A stretch of 64,000 bases of DNA from Pseudomonadota bacterium (GCA_041178425.1 JBEGVH010000030.1:192001-256000); one strand, 5' to 3'. Positions 49,918 to 60,598 are shown, counted from the stretch's first letter. The notes: generated by a model not told the origin, from the letters alone. Made by a program: numbers and translations.

Positions 49918-51165
49918 CTAAAATATTTTTCCAAAAAATCCCTTTATTTGGCGAGCTGCTTGGGTCAATGCGACACTCAAGTCCTCATTTTTAGAGCCAA
50001 TTGTTTTTTGCCTATATTGTTCATAGCCATAAAGTACGAGACCCACGGCTGTTGCGTAACCAGGAGAGCGCACAATTTCTGTGAGCCCACCCACTTTTGA
50101 TGGAATTCCACGACGAACTGGTACGTCGAAAATGAATTCGCCCATTTCAACTAAACCTTCTAGCTCACTGCATCCACCGGTTAGCACTACTCCCGCCCCT
50201 AAAAAGGGCTGAAGTCCACTTTGCTGAATGTCTCTAGCAATCATTTGCAAGATTTCATCAGCTCGTGGTTCGATGACTTCCGCAAGATCTCTGCGTCGCA
50301 GGGTTCTTGCTTTTCTTCCGCCGACTCCTTCGACTTCGATATTTTCATCATCTTTTACCAAGCTCACAAGGGCACATCCGTATTTCTTTTTAATCTCTTC
50401 AGCCGCTAGCTGAGGAGTACGGAGCCCAATCGCAATATCTTGGGTAAAATGCTGTCCGCCAATCGGAAGCACAGACGTATGAGCGACGTGTCCATTAATA
50501 AAGTAGAGCAGATTTGTTGTACCACCACCTATATCAACAACACACACACCGAGATTTTTTTCGTCGGGACTCAAGACGGCAAGGGACGCGGCCAAAGGAT
50601 CAAGAACCATCCCCGCCACACGAAGCCCTGCTTTTTCTGCACACTTAGTTGCATTTTGAAGAGTCGTTAAGCCTCCGGTCACTAGGTGAATCGAAGCCTC
50701 AAGTCGCACGCCGCTCATTCCAATCGGGTCCCAAATTCCATCGGTACCATCGATTTTGAAATCACGAGGAAGAACGTGGAGTAAGTTTCTATCTGTTGGC
50801 ACAGCAACGGCTCGTGCCGCCTCAAGAACCCGATCGACATCCTGCTGGTTGACCTCTTTGTTCTTGATGGCCACCATTCCTCGTGAATTAAAGCTTTTAA
50901 TATGAGTGCCTGAAACACCAACCCAAACATCTTTGAGGCTGTAACCAGACATTAATTCACACTCTTCTTTGGCTTTTAAGATGGCTGCCGTTGTAGCTTC
51001 AATATTAACTACGACACCCTGACGAATTCCTGTGTTTGGAGCAGTTCCGATACCAGCGATATTTAGCCCACCATCTTTATTTAGATTGGCGGCCAATGCG
51101 ACAACTCTGGTTGATCCAATATCAAGACCCGCAAATAGCGGCGTTTGAAGCTTTGGCTTACTCAT
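49918..51165 (-). CDS. ftsA: Cell division protein FtsA
   Basis: GLDIGST, VDIGGGTT, GVVLTGG. Confidence 0.97.
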   Translation of the reverse strand: MSKPKLQTPLFAGLDIGSTRVVALAANLNKDGGLNIAGIGTAPNTGIRQGVVVNIEATTAAILKAKEECELMSGYSLKDVWVGVSGTHIKSFNSRGMVAIKNKEVNQQDVDRVLEAARAVAVPTDRNLLHVLPRDFKIDGTDGIWDPIGMSGVRLEASIHLVTGGLTTLQNATKCAEKAGLRVAGMVLDPLAASLAVLSPDEKNLGVCVVDIGGGTTNLLYFINGHVAHTSVLPIGGQHFTQDIAIGLRTPQLAAEEIKKKYGCALVSLVKDDENIEVEGVGGRKARTLRRRDLAEVIEPRADEILQMIARDIQQSGLQPFLGAGVVLTGGCSELEGLVEMGEFIFDVPVRRGIPSKVGGLTEIVRSPGYATAVGLVLYGYEQYRQKTIGSKNEDLSVALTQAARQIKGFFGKIF

Positions 51166-51286
51166 CCTTAAGTCCTTTGTAGAGTGAAACTGATAACTCT
51201 CAACAAATCCGTCGTTGGAGTGTATCAATCCGTTTTTAAGAACTCGACTTTAGTTTTTAGACTTTTGTCGAACCCTATCTATAAGG

Positions 51287-52018
51287 CTAGGGATGGTTAC
51301 GCAGCCTGACAAGCACTTTCTTAGAGAAATTTGCATCAATGACGCGACTTTCAAGACCTCGGATTTGAAGATATTCGAGAACCTGGGCCACACGAAGCGA
51401 CTTAACTTCAAAATTATCCGAACCAAATCGAACTTGTTGAGCAGACTTGACCAAGGTTAGTAGAAACCCATCGATATCATTAAATTGAATCTCAGACACT
51501 TGCTGTGCCGACATTGGACCTTTGTCTGGGAGTTGCTTCAATAGCGAGAGCACTCCCTCCTTCATGATCGGCTTCTGAGTCACCCAATCGCCCTTGAGCC
51601 AAGGTAATCGTGGAAGTCGAGACCATTTTGTTGGACCAATCCATCGCCCATCTTCTGCAAGAACTTTATATTTGCCATCGGTCTCTTGGTGAATGGCTTT
51701 CAACGTGGGAAGTGAGTATTGAACATCAAGGCTGTGGGGCCATGACTTTTTTACCTGAACATCCTTCAGTAGCGAAAAGGCAGATAGTTTTCTTTGTACA
51801 TCCGCTAATGACACTTTCCAAAGTGAAGCGCCTTGATAAGCTCTCAAAGTTTTCTCAACTTCATTGGTTAAGTCGTTCCACGCCAATCGATCGGGTTCAT
51901 TCATCGTTACCTGAATATTAACCTGATCGACGGTAAAGAGAGTTTCATCTTTGATTATTGCAAAGACGGCAATGGCCACAAGAGATAATGCAAGTATTCG
52001 TCCAATTATAACCTTCAT
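51287..52018 (-). CDS. ftsQ: Cell division protein FtsQ/DivIB
   Basis: N-terminal TM helix, POTRA-like VKKSWPHSL, directly upstream of ftsA. Confidence 0.8.
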   Translation of the reverse strand: MKVIIGRILALSLVAIAVFAIIKDETLFTVDQVNIQVTMNEPDRLAWNDLTNEVEKTLRAYQGASLWKVSLADVQRKLSAFSLLKDVQVKKSWPHSLDVQYSLPTLKAIHQETDGKYKVLAEDGRWIGPTKWSRLPRLPWLKGDWVTQKPIMKEGVLSLLKQLPDKGPMSAQQVSEIQFNDIDGFLLTLVKSAQQVRFGSDNFEVKSLRVAQVLEYLQIRGLESRVIDANFSKKVLVRLRNHP

Positions 52019-52094
52019 ACCTACAGAATACCGGGACCTATCGCTCGTGAAAAATCATTTGTGTAACTTTAGTCTGAGTCCTGGACTTAAGATC

Positions 52095-53447
52095 TTATTT
52101 TGCTTCGAGCAATTTGAGCAGATCCATTCCAAATTTCCAACCATCGCCGGCACCAAGAGTTAACAGTATATCGCCCGACTGAACCCTGTTGATGAGGTGC
52201 TTGGCCGATTCCTCTGAGCGAGTAAATGGCTGACAGTGGGCATGATTAATCTCTTCTGCAAGTTTTTGGCTACTGATTCCTGGAATCGGTAATTCACCCG
52301 CCGCATAGATATCAAGGAGCAGAACCTCATCGGCCAAAGTAAAACAGCTCAAGAACTCATTCCAACAGTGCTGAGTTCGAGAAAAACGATGAGGCTGAAA
52401 CAAAACAATTAATTTATTCTGTGGAAATTTTTCTTTAAAGGCCTGAAGTACAGCTCGCACCTCTGTAGGATGATGACCGTAATCATCATAAACCTTAACC
52501 CCTTGGGATTCGCCCTTAAAGTGAAAACGTCGATCAACACCCGTAAAGTGCGATATGCCACGCGCACAGACATCAAAATCAATTCCAGCCACTAGGCCCG
52601 CAAGAATTGAAGCTGTTGCATTGAGGGCATTATGAATTCCAGGAACGTTAATCGAAAAACGACCGAGATTCTTTCCGTGCTTGATAAGTTCGTAATTGCC
52701 CCTTTCGCCTTTAATGACCACATCGTTTGATTCCTGAAACCCATAAAAAACAACTCGCTTAGGAAAGTTTTTAAAGGTCTCTCGCACCGAAGGGTCATCA
52801 CCACAGGCGATGAGCTCACCGTAGAAAGGGATTTTTAAAGAAAAATCGTAAAAAGCTCGTTCGATGTTTTCAAAGGTTTTATAATAGTCGAGGTGATCGG
52901 CATCGATATTAGTGACAATGGCCACTTCTGGAGCAAGCTTCGCAAAACTTCCGTCACTTTCATCGGCCTCCGCCACAATCCATTCGCCCTGCCCTAAGAG
53001 AGCCGTCGACTGGATCCGTTCGAAACGCCCCCCAACAACGATGGTTGGACTCGCCTCTGCCTCTAAAAAAATAGATGCTACCATACTCGTGGTTGTTGTT
53101 TTTCCATGAGTTCCAGCAACAGCCAGGCCACGCTTAAAGCGCATAATTTCCGCCAAAGCCTCTGCCCTTGGAATTAGGGGAATTAATTTGGCACGAGCTG
53201 CGGCGATTTCTGGATTTTGAAAATTAATCGCACTTGAATAAACAACGACTTCCGCATCACCAATATTGTCGGCGTGATGCCCCTTGAAGATTGGCACCCC
53301 TAGATTTTTAAGTCTCTCCGTATTTGCATTCTCGGCAAGATCGCTGCCTGTCACATGGGCTCCCATATTTTTAAGGAGCTCAGCAAGGCCACACATTCCA
53401 ATTCCACCAATTCCAACAAAATGAAAGCGACTTGTTTTTAATCTCAT
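52095..53447 (-). CDS. murC: UDP-N-acetylmuramate--L-alanine ligase
   Basis: GIGGIGM, GTHGKTTT, EADESD, DDYGHHPTE. Confidence 0.97.
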   Translation of the reverse strand: MRLKTSRFHFVGIGGIGMCGLAELLKNMGAHVTGSDLAENANTERLKNLGVPIFKGHHADNIGDAEVVVYSSAINFQNPEIAAARAKLIPLIPRAEALAEIMRFKRGLAVAGTHGKTTTTSMVASIFLEAEASPTIVVGGRFERIQSTALLGQGEWIVAEADESDGSFAKLAPEVAIVTNIDADHLDYYKTFENIERAFYDFSLKIPFYGELIACGDDPSVRETFKNFPKRVVFYGFQESNDVVIKGERGNYELIKHGKNLGRFSINVPGIHNALNATASILAGLVAGIDFDVCARGISHFTGVDRRFHFKGESQGVKVYDDYGHHPTEVRAVLQAFKEKFPQNKLIVLFQPHRFSRTQHCWNEFLSCFTLADEVLLLDIYAAGELPIPGISSQKLAEEINHAHCQPFTRSEESAKHLINRVQSGDILLTLGAGDGWKFGMDLLKLLEAK

Positions 53448-53462
53448 AAATTTCTCAACTTT

Positions 53463-54539
53463 CTAAAATGCATTAACCAATAATTTTGCAATCACTTCAG
53501 CAGCCTGTGGCTGATGAAGTGATCGGGCATTTTGCGACATCTTAGTTAACACTTCAGGGTTCTTTTGCAAATCTGTTAGTATTTCATTCAAGCGTTGCGC
53601 CGTTAGATCTTTTTGCTCTAACAAAATAGCAGCCTGATGCTCAACCATAGCAAGGGCGTTTTTTCTTTGATGGTCGTCAGCGGCAGTTGGCAGTGGAACC
53701 AACACGGCCGGCTTTCCGGCGGCACAAAGCTCCGCAATTGTACTCGCCCCTGACCGACAAATCACAACGTCCGCCCAGCTGTAGTATTGGTCCATTTCGA
53801 AAAGGTACTCAAAAGCACTAACCTCAAAGACAGACTTTTCGTAGCTTTCTTTGATTCTAGAATAGTCTGTCACACCCGTTTGATGAATCAGCTTGCCTTT
53901 GTGTAACCAACTCATTTCGGTGGTCACCGTTTTTTCAAGGGCCTCATTGATGGCCTTCGCGCCCTGACTTCCTCCAAAGCTCAACACATGAAACTCTGAA
54001 TCAGCGGGCCTCGAAGCTACTGATTCGAGCTCTTTTCTAATAGGTAGCCCGACGAGAACAATTTCCGTGGATTGAAGATATTTTTTTGCACTTTCGAAAA
54101 CAATGAAAGATCGTGGCACTATTCGCGATAGCCAGCGATTTGCAAGACCAGGGTGAGCGTTGGGCTCCCAAATAGACGTCGGAATTTTCATTAAAGCTGC
54201 CGCCAAAACAAGTGGCCCCGAAGCGTATCCACCAACACCCAGCACCCCGACGGGCTTCAGTCTGCGCAAAAGGACAAAGGCTTGCACCAGACCCACGAAT
54301 ACCCTAAGCAACCCCATAAGCTTGCCAAAGGCAGATCCTTTATAATTGAGTTTGCCGGCCGACAAAATATGTAAGGGAAAACCTTCTCGAGGAACAATCT
54401 TAGTCTCTAAGCCCATAAGAGAGCCTACGAATTCAACCTCTACGTTCTTATCAAGAGTTTCGATGGCGCGAGCAATAGCGACTCCAGGGTATATATGCCC
54501 CCCCGTTCCGCCTCCAGCCACAAGAAATTTTTTCTTCAT
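53463..54539 (-). CDS. murG: MurG glycosyltransferase
   Basis: GGGTGGHIYPG, GGSQGA, RSGAST, DHQRKNA. Confidence 0.97.
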   Translation of the reverse strand: MKKKFLVAGGGTGGHIYPGVAIARAIETLDKNVEVEFVGSLMGLETKIVPREGFPLHILSAGKLNYKGSAFGKLMGLLRVFVGLVQAFVLLRRLKPVGVLGVGGYASGPLVLAAALMKIPTSIWEPNAHPGLANRWLSRIVPRSFIVFESAKKYLQSTEIVLVGLPIRKELESVASRPADSEFHVLSFGGSQGAKAINEALEKTVTTEMSWLHKGKLIHQTGVTDYSRIKESYEKSVFEVSAFEYLFEMDQYYSWADVVICRSGASTIAELCAAGKPAVLVPLPTAADDHQRKNALAMVEHQAAILLEQKDLTAQRLNEILTDLQKNPEVLTKMSQNARSLHQPQAAEVIAKLLVNAF

Positions 54540-54620
54540 ATAATCGTTCCTCTTTGTAAGAAGCTCTAACACACACTTGCTAACCAATTAAAGAAGTTTG
54601 TCCTTATAAAGAACGGTTAT

Positions 54621-55712
54621 TTATTGAGCCGTGGCTGCTTGCCGCCCGAGGTTGAGAATCCAACCAAAGGCCAAGCAATAACAAAGCAAGCTACTACCAC
54701 CATAACTTAGAAAAGGCAGTGTTAGCCCCTTCGTTGGCAACATCCCTAAAACAACTGCCATATTAAACAAGCTGTTGAGACCAAAAAGAAAGGTGATCCC
54801 TAAGACAATGAGGCGGTTTTGAATATCTTGAATCGCCAAAGCAATTTGAAGGCTTCTTAAAAAAACAAAGCCATAAATTAAAAACAGAATGGCAATACCC
54901 AAGAATCCTGTTTCTTCGGCAAAGACCGCTAGTGTAAAATCGGTGTGAGCCTCTGGTAAAAAGAAGAGTTTTCCTTGGCCAGCGCCAAGACCCTGACCCC
55001 AAAAACCACCATTACGAACACTGAGTAAACTTTGAATGAGCTGAAACCCAGAATTCGCCGGATCAGCCCAAGGATTCATAAAGGCCACCACCCGAGCTAA
55101 ACGGTATGGGTATTTAATAATAAGAACACTAAATAAGGGGATGATGATTCCTGCCATCAGAGCGAAATGCTTCCACGAAAAACCAATCGCAAACAACAAA
55201 AGTAACACAACAAAGATTATCAATGCGAAGGAGCCAAAATCGGGTTGCAAAAGAAGCAACCCAAGGGGCGATAACCAAAGCAGCCACGCCGAGCGACGCC
55301 GAGACCAATGCTCATCTTCTTGCCAATGCGCATAGATGTAACTGAAAGCCCACGGCACTAAGATTTTTATAAGTTCGCTTGGTTCAAACCGTATAAAGTG
55401 AAGATCAATCCACCTTCGCGCACCACCCACCTTAACGCCAATGCCCGGAACGAAAGTAAAAAGTAGAGCTAAAACCCCAAGCCCCCAAAGCCCAACCAAG
55501 ATTTTATTCCAGTAGCGCCAAGGCATCAATGCAGCCACTCCAAGAACTAGTAGTCCTATCGACATAGCAATACTTTGCTTTAAAACAAAGTGTAGCCCAT
55601 CTCTGTACATCTCAGCCGCGAAAATATAGCTCGACGAATACACTTGAACGATTCCAAGGCCCAATAGGGACACAAGGGCCAATAAGAGGGCCTGATCCAA
55701 TCCTCGACTCAA
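54621..55712 (-). CDS. ftsW: SEDS protein FtsW
   Basis: GARRWI, EPSEL, LQPDFGS, LPEAHTDF, LPFLSYGGSS; upstream of murG. Confidence 0.93.
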   Translation of the reverse strand: MSRGLDQALLLALVSLLGLGIVQVYSSSYIFAAEMYRDGLHFVLKQSIAMSIGLLVLGVAALMPWRYWNKILVGLWGLGVLALLFTFVPGIGVKVGGARRWIDLHFIRFEPSELIKILVPWAFSYIYAHWQEDEHWSRRRSAWLLWLSPLGLLLLQPDFGSFALIIFVVLLLLFAIGFSWKHFALMAGIIIPLFSVLIIKYPYRLARVVAFMNPWADPANSGFQLIQSLLSVRNGGFWGQGLGAGQGKLFFLPEAHTDFTLAVFAEETGFLGIAILFLIYGFVFLRSLQIALAIQDIQNRLIVLGITFLFGLNSLFNMAVVLGMLPTKGLTLPFLSYGGSSLLCYCLAFGWILNLGRQAATAQ

Positions 55713-55723
55713 TGGAATACTCC

Positions 55724-56113
55724 TTATTTTGCGGAGGAATCTTTAGATTTATCTTCTTTTGCTGGCGCTGGTGCTGATGCTGGGGCCGCGGGCTGAGCCG
55801 AAGGAGCCACAGGAGCAGTATCTACGTGAGCTTCCACGCCCTCGGAATTGCAGCAATAGAGCACTCCCGGATTTTCACTGACTCTTTTATGGCTTGTAAT
55901 AGAAAAAGGCTTTGAAGCATCACATTTTTTAGCTAACCGAAGATTTAACTCGACATCAACATCGTTGAAATCAGACTCACTAACAAAGTCACAGAAGACT
56001 CCCTTCGACTGCACTAATCTCTCTCGCTCCTGACGACGAGCTTTATGTGAGCTTGAGCAACCGCTGAGAACTATACCAAAAAGAAGGCCAATGGATGTGA
56101 TTTTTTTCAACAT
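55724..56113 (-). CDS. Hypothetical lipoprotein
   Basis: Lipobox VLSGC; 4 further Cys; Ala/Pro-rich tail. Confidence 0.7.
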   Translation of the reverse strand: MLKKITSIGLLFGIVLSGCSSSHKARRQERERLVQSKGVFCDFVSESDFNDVDVELNLRLAKKCDASKPFSITSHKRVSENPGVLYCCNSEGVEAHVDTAPVAPSAQPAAPASAPAPAKEDKSKDSSAK

Positions 56114-56356
56114 ATGAGTGTCTCCTGATACGAAGATTTTAAAAATCCTCAAAGGTCCGGGCAAAGGAAAAAAGCCCCGGTACTGGCCAATAGATCTTAA
56201 CTAGCCCTTGGTCGCTTGCTAACCATGACTTAGGTCTTGGTCTTCCAATGATACCCCTCCACAATCAAAACCTTAAGGAGCCTTTAAATATCCCACTTTT
56301 TTCATATTTATCGGCAGACAGTTGCCCAAGAACCCGAGTTATGGGAAGAAAGGGCC

Positions 56357-57331
56357 ATGAAAAATGCATTGATAGATCAAATTCAGGCCATCAAGAAGAA
56401 AAAGAACGCCACAATCCTAGCCCACTACTATGAAGAGGGCGTGATTCAAGATATTGCTGATCATGTTGGTGACAGTTTCTACTTAGCACAAAAAGGACAG
56501 CAATCCGAAGCTCCTATCATCTTGTTGGCGGGCGTGGTTTTTATGGCCGAATCCGTGAAGATTTTAAATCCGTCAAAAAAAGTCATCGTACCCACTCTCG
56601 ACGCCGGCTGCTCGTTGGTCACAGAATCTCCCTATGCCGCTTACCTCCGATGGCGGCTAGAGCATCCCAATGCCATCGCCGTTACTTATATCAACTCGAG
56701 CGCAGAGGTAAAAGCCATCTCCGACGTAATAGTAACCTCGAGCAATGCGGCTAAAATTCTCGATGCCATCCCTAAAGATCGAGAAATTCTTTTTGGGCCC
56801 GATCAAAACTTGGGCCGCTATCTGAGCAAAAAACTCAACCGCCCCATGATCCTTTGGCCGGGCGCTTGCGAAGTTCATGTTCTTTTCTCAAGTAAAAAAC
56901 TTTTTGCACTAACTCAAGATCATCCAGATGCTATTGTTGTTGCTCATCCAGAATGTGATCCGGCGGTTCTCCAGTACGCCCACGTGATTGGCTCGACCTC
57001 ACGCCTTCTTGAAGAGGTGCAAAAAAACCCGGCAAAAAAATTCATTGTGGCCACCGAAACCGGCATTCTCCATCAAATGCGTAAATCGCGACCCGAGATC
57101 GAATTGATTCAAGCACCTGCCGAGGGAAGCTGTGGGTGCAACGACTGTCCCTTCATGAAATTAAATACGCTCGAAAATATTTTGCACGCTTTAAAGAATG
57201 AGACACCAGAGGTAAGTCTATCGCCAGCGCTTATGGAGAAAGCCGCCGTTTCACTCAACCGAATGATGGCTATCACCTCCGGCGAGCCAGTTAACTGGCC
57301 CGAAAGGTTTGTGGCACCGACTGGGTTATAG
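56357..57331 (+). CDS. nadA: Quinolinate synthase
   Basis: ILAHYY, GDSF, FMAES, AGCSL, YINSSA, GACEVH, HPEC, CPFMK. Confidence 0.96.
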   Translation: MKNALIDQIQAIKKKKNATILAHYYEEGVIQDIADHVGDSFYLAQKGQQSEAPIILLAGVVFMAESVKILNPSKKVIVPTLDAGCSLVTESPYAAYLRWRLEHPNAIAVTYINSSAEVKAISDVIVTSSNAAKILDAIPKDREILFGPDQNLGRYLSKKLNRPMILWPGACEVHVLFSSKKLFALTQDHPDAIVVAHPECDPAVLQYAHVIGSTSRLLEEVQKNPAKKFIVATETGILHQMRKSRPEIELIQAPAEGSCGCNDCPFMKLNTLENILHALKNETPEVSLSPALMEKAAVSLNRMMAITSGEPVNWPERFVAPTGL

Positions 57332-57458
57332 AAAATAAAAAAATACCTTCGTTTCATTTTCATTCGTACAATTAAGAAGTGAAGGATTTCGCGTCCCATC
57401 TTAGTACACTCACAAGGGCGATCCAGAATTCGCCCCCTAAGGGTGATACCCTAAGACC

Positions 57459-59888
57459 ATGACAAGTGCTGCCCGAAAAAGAGAGCCCATCGAATTCCTT
57501 CGTCAAGACCTTCTAAAGGCTTGCGAAGGTACTCTTTTTGAAGTCCACCATGGCCCCCCCCCGTTTTGGAATAGTGATCTCGATGGCAAACTCGAAATCT
57601 ATCTTGCACAAAAACCTCGAGTGGCATTTACCACTTGTCCTATCTGTGGCCATCACCTAGAAGCTCCTAAAAATCCAGAAGAGTTTCATGACCCGTGGTG
57701 GATCTATCCACAAAGGGGATTTCACGAGGCATCAACGTGTTCGCACTTTGAACTACTGACCTTTTCGATTTTGTGGAACCATTCAGAGCCCTTTGCGCCA
57801 CCCTGGCTTATTCCGTGCGGATGGGGCACTCCCGCCATGGCCGAAGTTCTTAGTCAGAACGAAAATTTACTGATGTCTCTCAAGGTAGAGCATCTACCTA
57901 ACGGTGCCACCATCTTTTGGACGGGTCTGTATCGAAGGCAACCCGGCATTCCACTCCCTGCTGATTTCTGGCCACTTCCTGTGTTAAAGGCAAGAACGGC
58001 CATCAACCCGAGCCTAAACAGTCGAGGATTTTGGGGAGAGTTTGTACCAATCTCCACCCATACTCCATTTATTTGGTCGCAATTATTCCTACACCAAGCA
58101 GACGGAAAACTCATTAGTTATGAGACGGAACAAGACACAGATATCTGGCTTCCAAAATTAAGAAACTGGAACAAGCTAGCCTATAATCAACCTATGAAAA
58201 TGTACAAAGACCGCTTTGTAACTGAGAGTGGATTTGCCTCTTTTGCCATAGGCATGCGATCAACCAGAACCAAGGGGGCTCTTTTTATTTCTCAAACTCC
58301 TATTGCTTGTCCGAATCCGGTTCTTCCCATGTTGGCGGTTGCACCAATGAAAGAATCGAGCTTGCGACCTGTTATTCAGCCTCTCAACCAAGAACAAATT
58401 CAGGATCTCTCGCAGACTGAAACCCTATGGGCCGTCGTAGACCCTTTTCAAAACGAGGCCGTTCAAGACTGGCTACGACTCATTCGAAGAAATAGCGCAA
58501 ACAAAGTGTTATCGCTCTGGAGTGAAAGTGAAATTGGAGAAAGCTGGAAACTAACAGCCGACGCCTCACAGTCTGCTACGATTAAACAAGATAACTTAAC
58601 CGATTATTATCGCGATCTCTCTCCTTTGATTATTCACATAACCCCAGATGTTTTTGAGTTGAGTCGTCGCTACCCCTTAGGTTCACAATCTTGGGGTATG
58701 TTTTTTCTGAGTGAGGCTCAACCCAATGATATCCATTATTTTCTTCGACAGCGTCTTGTGTGCCACTATCAAACACATTGGATCTATTTTCGTTTTTTCG
58801 AGGTAAACTTTCTCTCAGCCGCACTTTCGTTATTGAATAACGAAGATCTAAAATTTTTCTATGGCCCCATCGAGGGCTGGATCATTCGTCACCCCTCAGA
58901 AAACTCATACACCCTCTACTCTCATACTGGCATAGGAAAAAATGGGGATTGGCAGTTTTCGCACGGCTTTTCGCACTTACCCAGACAAGTTCATGAAACA
59001 GCGCAAAGAGTCTTTCAGACCGAACTCCCTCGACGAATCAAAGAGTTTATCAAAGATCGAACTCCTGAATTTGCCGACCTCATTCCGATCTCAGTGATCG
59101 ATCGCTGGGTGAGAGATTCTGTTCGACAAGCAAACTCTTGGGGAATAAAAAAAGAGACTCACCTCATTAAGTTTTTTCTCTGGAAGGTGCTCATCACTCC
59201 CACGTGGTGTCATCTAAGCCCGTTTGTTCGACTTCTACAACAGCCGGTAGCAGAGGAAGTGAAAATACAAAACATCGAAAATCTTTTTCCTCAACTTCGG
59301 GCCTCCGAAATACCTAGAGGTCTTGCTATTGAATCGTGGGACGCGGAACTCTGGACAGAACTCCGAAAACACAACTCACCCCTTGCTAATGCGGATCCGG
59401 AGGCGTTTCATCCCTTGCTAGGAGAACGCCCGCCCGCGATGCCACTCAATAATCCAAAGTGGCTCAAGGCGCTTGGGCTTTTTTATGAAAGTGCCTATGC
59501 TGATCTTTTTTCTCAATCGGGAGTGAAGCTACTCAATTCGGCCATGGTGAGCGAAGTTCAGCGCCCACTCCATGCACCACCGCGACTTATCTCATTGAGT
59601 TCAACAGAACTTGTTGTACGTGATGAGGGCACTCGAACAAAACCCTGGTTGAAGCAGCACGGGTTTGAAGGTATTTCTTCGACCCAAGGTCATTGGATCC
59701 ACCGGTCGTCAAATCCTCAAGCCATCCTTATGCTGGCTAGACAATTTCTTGAAGAATTTCCTTATCTCGAAAACAGATATATTTTTGACTTCTTAAGCGC
59801 AGAGGATCGCCAGGCCCTTTCGGCTGATTTAGAAATCTATTCAGTTATTTGGGACGCCCATAATTTTTGGAGCCTTCATAAAATATAG
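57459..59888 (+). CDS. 809-aa multidomain protein with a central DUF4123-like domain
   Basis: WAVVDP...LSPLII...SWGMFFLS...LRQRL...IYFRFFE...FFYGPIEGW resembles DUF4123; N-terminal CPICG. Confidence 0.65.
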   Translation: MTSAARKREPIEFLRQDLLKACEGTLFEVHHGPPPFWNSDLDGKLEIYLAQKPRVAFTTCPICGHHLEAPKNPEEFHDPWWIYPQRGFHEASTCSHFELLTFSILWNHSEPFAPPWLIPCGWGTPAMAEVLSQNENLLMSLKVEHLPNGATIFWTGLYRRQPGIPLPADFWPLPVLKARTAINPSLNSRGFWGEFVPISTHTPFIWSQLFLHQADGKLISYETEQDTDIWLPKLRNWNKLAYNQPMKMYKDRFVTESGFASFAIGMRSTRTKGALFISQTPIACPNPVLPMLAVAPMKESSLRPVIQPLNQEQIQDLSQTETLWAVVDPFQNEAVQDWLRLIRRNSANKVLSLWSESEIGESWKLTADASQSATIKQDNLTDYYRDLSPLIIHITPDVFELSRRYPLGSQSWGMFFLSEAQPNDIHYFLRQRLVCHYQTHWIYFRFFEVNFLSAALSLLNNEDLKFFYGPIEGWIIRHPSENSYTLYSHTGIGKNGDWQFSHGFSHLPRQVHETAQRVFQTELPRRIKEFIKDRTPEFADLIPISVIDRWVRDSVRQANSWGIKKETHLIKFFLWKVLITPTWCHLSPFVRLLQQPVAEEVKIQNIENLFPQLRASEIPRGLAIESWDAELWTELRKHNSPLANADPEAFHPLLGERPPAMPLNNPKWLKALGLFYESAYADLFSQSGVKLLNSAMVSEVQRPLHAPPRLISLSSTELVVRDEGTRTKPWLKQHGFEGISSTQGHWIHRSSNPQAILMLARQFLEEFPYLENRYIFDFLSAEDRQALSADLEIYSVIWDAHNFWSLHKI

Positions 59889-59917
59889 TTCTTCAAAAAA
59901 TACGTCTTTGGCTTACT

Positions 59918-60598
59918 TTATACCCGCGCCTCAAGGTACTTGCGAACCTCCGAAAGTACCGGCGGTGGAATTTCGTGTCCACCGGCGAATCTCTGAAGTC
60001 GCCCCTTCATTCCCCCCTGGGTGAGAATAGTTTCGAGTTTTTGTGAACCTCTAATAGACAAGACCTGATCACTTTCACCGTGCGAGAGGAAGAACGCTTT
60101 TCCTGCTCGGCTTTTTGCTTTTTCTCGCCATTGATCGGCATGCAAACAAGTTCCCGAAAGAATGACCAATCCCAGTGGTGACTCGGGAGCATTCAAATAT
60201 AACTCAGTCGCCAACATGGCTCCCTGACTAAATCCACCTAAAATTATTTTGTTCCAAGGGACTTTGAGCGCCGCCAACATCTCAGAGGCTTTTTTAAAAG
60301 CAACATCAAGTCCTTGCGGTGTTGATTGACTTAAATCTCTAGGTACACCCGTTATTTGAGCTTGCTGGAGTTCTACCATGTTGACCGGCCACCATGCACG
60401 CCCCGTCCAATTTCCTCCGATAGGGACTTCAAGAAAACCCTCAGGAAAAAGCCAGTTACAATCTTTTTGCAATGCGATCTCTTGAGACAAAGGATAGAGA
60501 TCACCAGCGTCGGCCCCGTAACCATGAAAGAAGACGATCCATGGTGCTTCATCGTTTTTAATATCGTCAATACACTTTAAACTACCAAGTTTTCTCAT
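59918..60598 (-). CDS. Phospholipase/carboxylesterase
   Basis: FHGYGA, GGFSQGA, HGESD, GGHEI. Confidence 0.92.
   Translation of the reverse strand: MRKLGSLKCIDDIKNDEAPWIVFFHGYGADAGDLYPLSQEIALQKDCNWLFPEGFLEVPIGGNWTGRAWWPVNMVELQQAQITGVPRDLSQSTPQGLDVAFKKASEMLAALKVPWNKIILGGFSQGAMLATELYLNAPESPLGLVILSGTCLHADQWREKAKSRAGKAFFLSHGESDQVLSIRGSQKLETILTQGGMKGRLQRFAGGHEIPPPVLSEVRKYLEARV

Noticed and set aside
56165..56356. NAD riboswitch or sigma-28 promoter in the nadA/dcw divergent spacer
   Set aside because: No riboswitch consensus that I can support. A minus-strand GCCGATAA lacks a matching -35 box.
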